NCBI GenBank assembly: GCA_030141605.1
Contig: JAQGDQ010001121.1
Location: 1 to 26,468 of the forward strand
From: Tubiluchus corallicola
Taxonomy: Eukaryota > Animalia > Priapulida
Direction of reading: 5' to 3'
Length of the DNA: 26,468 bases
Part shown: piece after piece, positions 21,509-26,468 of the stretch
How the letters are laid out: every line of letters starts with the position of its first letter
Position numbering within the stretch: position 1 is the stretch's first letter
Made by a program: the position numbers and the translations under genes
Notes under the pieces: generated by a model
What the model saw: only the letters and a program-made list of their open reading frames with translations
Databases searched by the model: none
Told to the model about the DNA's origin: nothing

Positions 21509-22107
21509 CTATATATCAGTCAGGTCTTGCTCACAGTCTATCGTAAGTTTCTGGCTATTATCAGTGGCTCGCAGAAAAATCCCGCCGTTGACAGTCCAAA
21601 TGTGTGCAAAGTTGTGTTGCTTTTTGTAGTTGAGCGCTATCCGAAAGAGTTCACGTCGTCTCGGTGTCAGTGATTCACTAATGTAGATTTTACTGTCTGT
21701 ATAGCGAGAATAATCCAAGGTCGATGTGTTCCCTGCTCTCTTTCTCTCTCTGTACATTGTATCACGTTTGTCACGTTGGGTAAATATCGCAATAATTTTA
21801 GGGTAACCCTTTCTTGGCTTAGGGAGCCTGTGGGAGATACTAATTTCTTCTGGTGATACTGCAATTCCCATATTGCGGGCAACACTAAGAACTATTGCAT
21901 TTGTATTTTCGTGTTCAATTACCGGAGTTCCCGATATTTCGAGGCAGTCCCGACGACTGTACTGATCAAGTTTGTCGATCTCAATTGCATTTGTCTGTGC
22001 CAGTTTTTGTAGCTTGCTAACTGTTGCTTTAAGCGAGTTGTTTTCTGTTTTAAGTCTGGCAATGTCTTGATTGGCTGCATCAAGCTCAGATATTGAAACT
22101 GAGACTG
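21509..22107 (-). pseudogene. LINE ORF1 (coiled coil + RRM-like + C-terminal domain), 5'-truncated
   Basis: The frame of ORF 21509-21871 stays open upstream: SELDAANQDIARLKTENNSLKATVSKLQK...IDKLDQYSRRDCLEISGTP. Confidence 0.85.
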
Positions 22108-22450
22108 AATAAGATTAAAGTTAAAGAAAACTACAAGAATGAGTTTAAGGATCAGTTTGTGGGGAAGATGATGACACTACTGAACATATGCTTAAATGTG
22201 GAGAATGGAAAAAATTTTGAACTCAGATATATTAATGAACAGTGAAAAGGAAAGATTGCTAGAAATTAGAAATCTAGTGAACGAATGCATGGAATACAGG
22301 ATAGAGACAAACAAAGACATTAAACTGGGAAAAGACAGCTAAAAGAGCAGCGTTAGAGAAAAATAGACCTATAATAGTGTCCGCCTCTGATATGTGGACA
22401 GAGTCGAGTATCGCAATCGCAAAACAAACAAGGTTGTACTGAAAAAAATG
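22108..22450 (+). mobile_element. 3' fragment of a different LINE with a C-terminal CCHC knuckle remnant
   Basis: IKVKENYKN then (frameshifted) CGEDDDTTEHMLKC at 22158-22199, matching the C-x(7-8)-H-x3-C end of LINE ORF2 knuckles. Confidence 0.5.
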
Positions 22451-23368
22451 CAGAGAAATGTACAAGATTTTACCTAACACTTGAGAACCAAAAAAGAACA
22501 CAACAGGTAAACAATTCCAAACACAGAAACAAATAGAGTGCTCTCACCATAGCGCTCATACATTTTGCACCATTAGCAAAAAGTGAAACTACAATATGGG
22601 AAATCAGAAACATGAGAAAGGGACACAGAGAATGAACCCACCAGGACCACTACAAACATCGAGGGACATAGTCAAATAAATGTAAAACACAGAAACAGGT
22701 AGAGTGCTCTCATCAATTCATTCATTACATCATTACATCATTTCATTCTAAAGCACTAAATGTTTTCTTTATCATACGATTCACTTCAAATTTTCAGATT
22801 ATATATGCCCGCAACACATTTACATTTGTATATAGATGAGCTGTGTGTGAGGCTTTTCTTGCGCAGAAATAATAAAAACTTATTTGTATTATGAAACTAT
22901 TGTAAATGTGTAATGTGAAATAAATAACTTATGAGAGTATGGTGAGAGCCAAGCTGGCTTTTGCGATGCTCCCCAATTCTAGTACAAACACAATGAAGAA
23001 TGCACACACCACTTGAAGAAATTGCCAAATCGTTCACACTTGCTAGTTCACTTTCAGATCTACGTCTGAACATCATCATCATCTTAGGTGCTTCCGTTAT
23101 GCATACGTTGGGCGTGGAGTAGGGCACTAGCCGAAATAGGGCAATTGGTGCACATAGGCTAGCCCAAGTAGGACGCCTAGTGGATTCCTAACTGTGTACA
23201 AGTGAACAAAGGAAATGAGCACTATTTGGAATTTAAACAACCTCATGCTTTTTTATGGAGTGACAGTCCATGTGAACTACTGAAATCTTTCATTTGTGAA
23301 TCTAATGTTAATTGATTTAAAGTTTTCCTCTACGGGTTTAAGACAATAATTTCTATTTTGCTTTGCCC

Positions 23369-23630
23369 GATTCAAGTTAATAAATTAAGGATAGTTTAGT
23401 TTAGTTTTAGTTTATTTATTTACACTTTGCAATAATTTATTTATTCTCGATAATTTCTGTTCTCTAATCCAAGTACATCAGTGTTACCTGATTCAAGTTA
23501 ATAAATTAAGGATAGTTTAGTTTCGTTTTAGTTTATTTATTTACACTTTGCAATAATTTATTTATACTTGATAATTTCTGTTCTCTAATCCAAGTACATC
23601 AGTGTTAATTGATTCCAGTTAAGAAATTAA
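23369..23630 (+). repeat. 121-bp tandem duplication (~2.2 copies)
   Basis: gattcaagttaataaattaa starts at 23369, 23490 and (partial) 23611. Confidence 0.9.
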
Positions 23631-23785
23631 ACTTGAAAGGTATGTAATCTTGTTTATCATTTTATTGAACTTGATAAACTTGTGGCATTTTTAGTGACGG
23701 CTTGTAGATAAGATTAGTGGGGTCACTGCTTCAGTAAATTGTTACAAGTGAATCCCACAGTTCCGTGCAAGGATTCAAAGCTACG

Positions 23786-23972
23786 CACAGTCGTGTACAG
23801 ATACGTGCTGACAGTCATGTACAAATACATGTTGACAGTCGTGCACAGAAACGTGTTGACAGTCGTGTACAAATACGTGTTGACAGTCGTGTACAGATAC
23901 GTGTTGACAGTCCTGTACAAATACGTGTTCATAGTCATGTACAAATACGTGTTGACAGTCATGTACAGATTT
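23786..23972 (+). repeat. 24-bp minisatellite x8
   Basis: Unit gacagtcgtgtacaaatacgtgtt; accounts for the repetitive ORFs at 23723-24001. Confidence 0.92.
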
Positions 23973-24374
23973 GTAAATTGATACTTGTGAATGATTGTTA
24001 ACTATGAGAAGTCAAAGGAAAATGTATATACCGTGTGATGTGTTTGAAAACATTGATGGCCCATTGCTTAACAAAAGCATCTGTAGCTTTTACTCGATAA
24101 ATGAATCTGGTTTGGCAGGTGCTTCAAGTTTTAGTTCATGGTTTTTAACAAGTTCATTTTTGGATATTGTAGCAGTAGTTAATATAAGAAGTGTGTAATA
24201 CGCTTTTAATCTATATAGCTTGAGATGTACGATCTCTGTTGCTAACATCGGGACATGTTTTTTATATACTAATCCCACTGCTTTCTCAAAAAGAAGGTGT
24301 TTTGCAACGTTTGCAAACGGCTACTGTAGATGGCAGCCACATTGTAGTTTTTTTATTATTATTATCAATAATAG

Positions 24375-25090
24375 TAGTTCAGGTTCAGCAACCGAGACGA
24401 GCACACGTGTTTCAGGTTGCTCTATAAACTCAAACTGTATACTATATCGTACAGTAAAATAGAGTAAATTTAAATGTACAGGAAATATGCACTAAATGTT
24501 TGCGGGTTTTATTATGACAACTGGAAGTAATTGCCAAAAAGATATTCTATGATATTAACTACGTCTATGGTGTTGCTGGAAGAACTGATTTAATACAAGG
24601 AGTAACGTGTACTTGTCTGAATGATGTCGTCTGCTGAAGAAGGCAAGCTTATTATAGATGATGAGCAAATTGCGAATGAAATTAATAACTTAGAAATGAA
24701 CTCAAAAGTCAAGAAACGCTACAGTCTCAAGAAATTCTGCATGCGTGCATTAGTTATAAATTCAGTAATTCCGAAAGTCACAATCAAGCAAGTGAAAGAA
24801 GATGTCAACGAGATGCGTGAAGAAATTAAACAACTACAACAAAAGACGAATGACTTAGAACAATATAGTAGGAGATGCAGCGTTAGATTCTTTGATGTGC
24901 CAGAGCATAATGACGAGATCTTAAGTTGGATCACATTAATAAAAGCGGAATTGAAAGATGCCACACACATCTTACAGATCGTACAGGGAAGGTCAGTGGA
25001 AGGAAACACAGAACAATCTTTTGTAAATTGATTAGTTATGACTACAAACGAGATGCGAAACGATTAGTGGATGCGTGCATGAGGCACTAA
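24375..25090 (+). mobile_element. 5' fragment of another LINE (5' UTR + decayed ORF1)
   Basis: Coiled coil followed by DLEQYSRRCSVRFFDVPE in ORF 24621-25031; a shifted frame continues RTGKVSGRKHRTIFCKLISYDYKR. Confidence 0.7.
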
Positions 25091-25094
25091 AATG

Positions 25095-25420
25095 TACTGC
25101 GCATGTGTTTCATGCTCATATACAGCATATACAACATATATACAGTGTGTATATTCGTATGTAACAAGCACTCATGTTTTGGATGAGTGGCTGTACAGGT
25201 GCATGCATGCGTGTATGTATGTAGTGTTATATGTGTATATATACGAACATCTGGACACATGTATGTTATGTATCTAAATAAAAGTATGTGTTGGTATGAC
25301 TGGGTTAATGTGTGTGTGCACGCATCTATGGATGTTGGCAAGCCATATATGTGTACGCAAATATAGTTCTTTTGAACTGTGCACTCGTTCATGTATTAGA
25401 ATGTACTAATATATATATCA
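25095..25420 (+). repeat. Degenerate (TATG/TG)n purine-pyrimidine microsatellite
   Basis: Alternating tatg/tgtg/cata runs. Confidence 0.7.
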
Positions 25421-26468
25421 AGTATGCATCTTTCACTAGTTAAGAAAATTTCAGTGCTTATAGTTAGGCATTTACTTTAAATATATAACCAGTAATTTAT
25501 TGACCTAGCAAACGATATTGCACAATTTTGATAAATATAATCTAATTGTAAGAACAGTAATATTATGACTTTTTAATCTTGTGATCTATACGTGCTGCTT
25601 ATAAATTGCTTAGCTAGGAAGCCAAACTAATTGGTTTAATTAAAGAATTCGTTTTCCTTTCTTGTTTTTTTTCTTTTATCAAAGATGATTTTAATGAGAT
25701 CTGATAAAATTAAGATTGCATCTTAAAACTAACTAAATATTAGGCCTTTATTTCCTAATTATACTTACTTAAATAAGAGAGTATGCTAAATTTATAAACT
25801 TTTACTAAACTATTTTATGTTTACTGCCTATTCATAGACTATCATTATCATAACTCCCAACTTGAAAACACTGTTGATTTTAAGTTACATACCTAAACCC
25901 AAGAGAACTAAAATTTGATATACTGCGTGACTTCTCGTTGCCGTCCTCGTATAAACACATTACAACTACTCAATTTTCTTTTTGCTTTTTTTCATCTTTT
26001 TCTTTGCTTGTTTCTTTTTTTATGATTTTGAATTTAACATCTTTTATCTATTTTGAGACTACTGTCATTTTTTGCATTATTTTATTTACTGCAAGAAAAT
26101 TTTCCTCACCATTTTTAGTTTTTGTTGAGCTTCAAAATTGACTGTTGTTAAATACATCGCCATGATTTTCGTTTGTTGTTTGTGTTTTTATTCTGAACCC
26201 GTTTTACACTTACTTATTTCTCTGTTATCTTGGAAAGGTGCCTGCCTTGTGGGACCGGGTTTACAGTTTAACGTCAGTGGCTCGAATCTATGCCTTTTTT
26301 TGTTCAAATCAAACTTTGTACTGATCAGAGAATGTTACAGCATATGAGTTGAAAGAAGCGCTAGGTAAATTAGGTAGCACTTGAAAATTGTAGTTTTGTT
26401 CATTCAAAGAGATTAATGTGCTGACTAAAGTGCATAACAAGCTAGTAAAAAATATTAGACTTAATGCA

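Larger units (their letters stand above)
19592..22107 (-). mobile_element. CR1/L2-group LINE, 5'-truncated in ORF1 and internally deleted for the entire RT
   Basis: ORF1 (coiled coil, DQYSRRDCLEISGTP, SHRL, IYISESLTPRRRELF, HIWTVNGGIFLR); ORF2 PHD + APE; ORF2 C-terminus GVILWNSVP...KYSLA* (stop 20003); 3' stem-loop 19672-19717; AATAAA and a (TTCATAG)2 tail near 19590-19610. Confidence 0.9.
22468..24349. repeat. Segmental duplication block X' (paralogue of 2972-4790)
   Basis: Collinear similarity to block X; homology ends at cattgtagt, next to the following LINE 5' end. Confidence 0.9.

Noticed and set aside
23723-24462. Short ORFs in block X'
   Set aside because: Driven by the 24-bp repeat or not frame-conserved in the paralogous block X.
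25600-26468. Highly decayed minus-strand LINE ORF1
   Set aside because: Only faint hints (K/E-rich stretch, LILSDL); too many stops to support by eye.

Overview
AT-rich, repeat-dense eukaryotic (probably invertebrate animal) genomic DNA; no prokaryotic features, RNA genes or CRISPR array. The core is a tandemly duplicated locus with two minus-strand C2H2 zinc-finger paralogues (ZNF-A, 12 fingers, 6499-7572; ZNF-B, 13 fingers, 16063-17220). Their 84-bp finger units are near-identical except at the DNA-contacting residues. A further duplicated block (2972-4790 vs 22468-24349) implies a third unit. The locus holds CR1/L2-group non-LTR retrotransposon relics, including one that keeps ORF1, PHD, endonuclease and the 3' end but has lost its whole RT. 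The most striking feature is a 39-copy, 60-bp tandem array (8453-10787). It arose in situ from the catalytic motif-A segment (YVGTILMDLTKAFDSLPH) of a decayed LINE reverse transcriptase, inside a ~4-kb insertion upstream of the ZNF-A finger exon. At almost the same position in ZNF-B, an unrelated 69-bp sequence (single copy in ZNF-A) expanded to 25 copies. All calls are by eye; no database searches were run.
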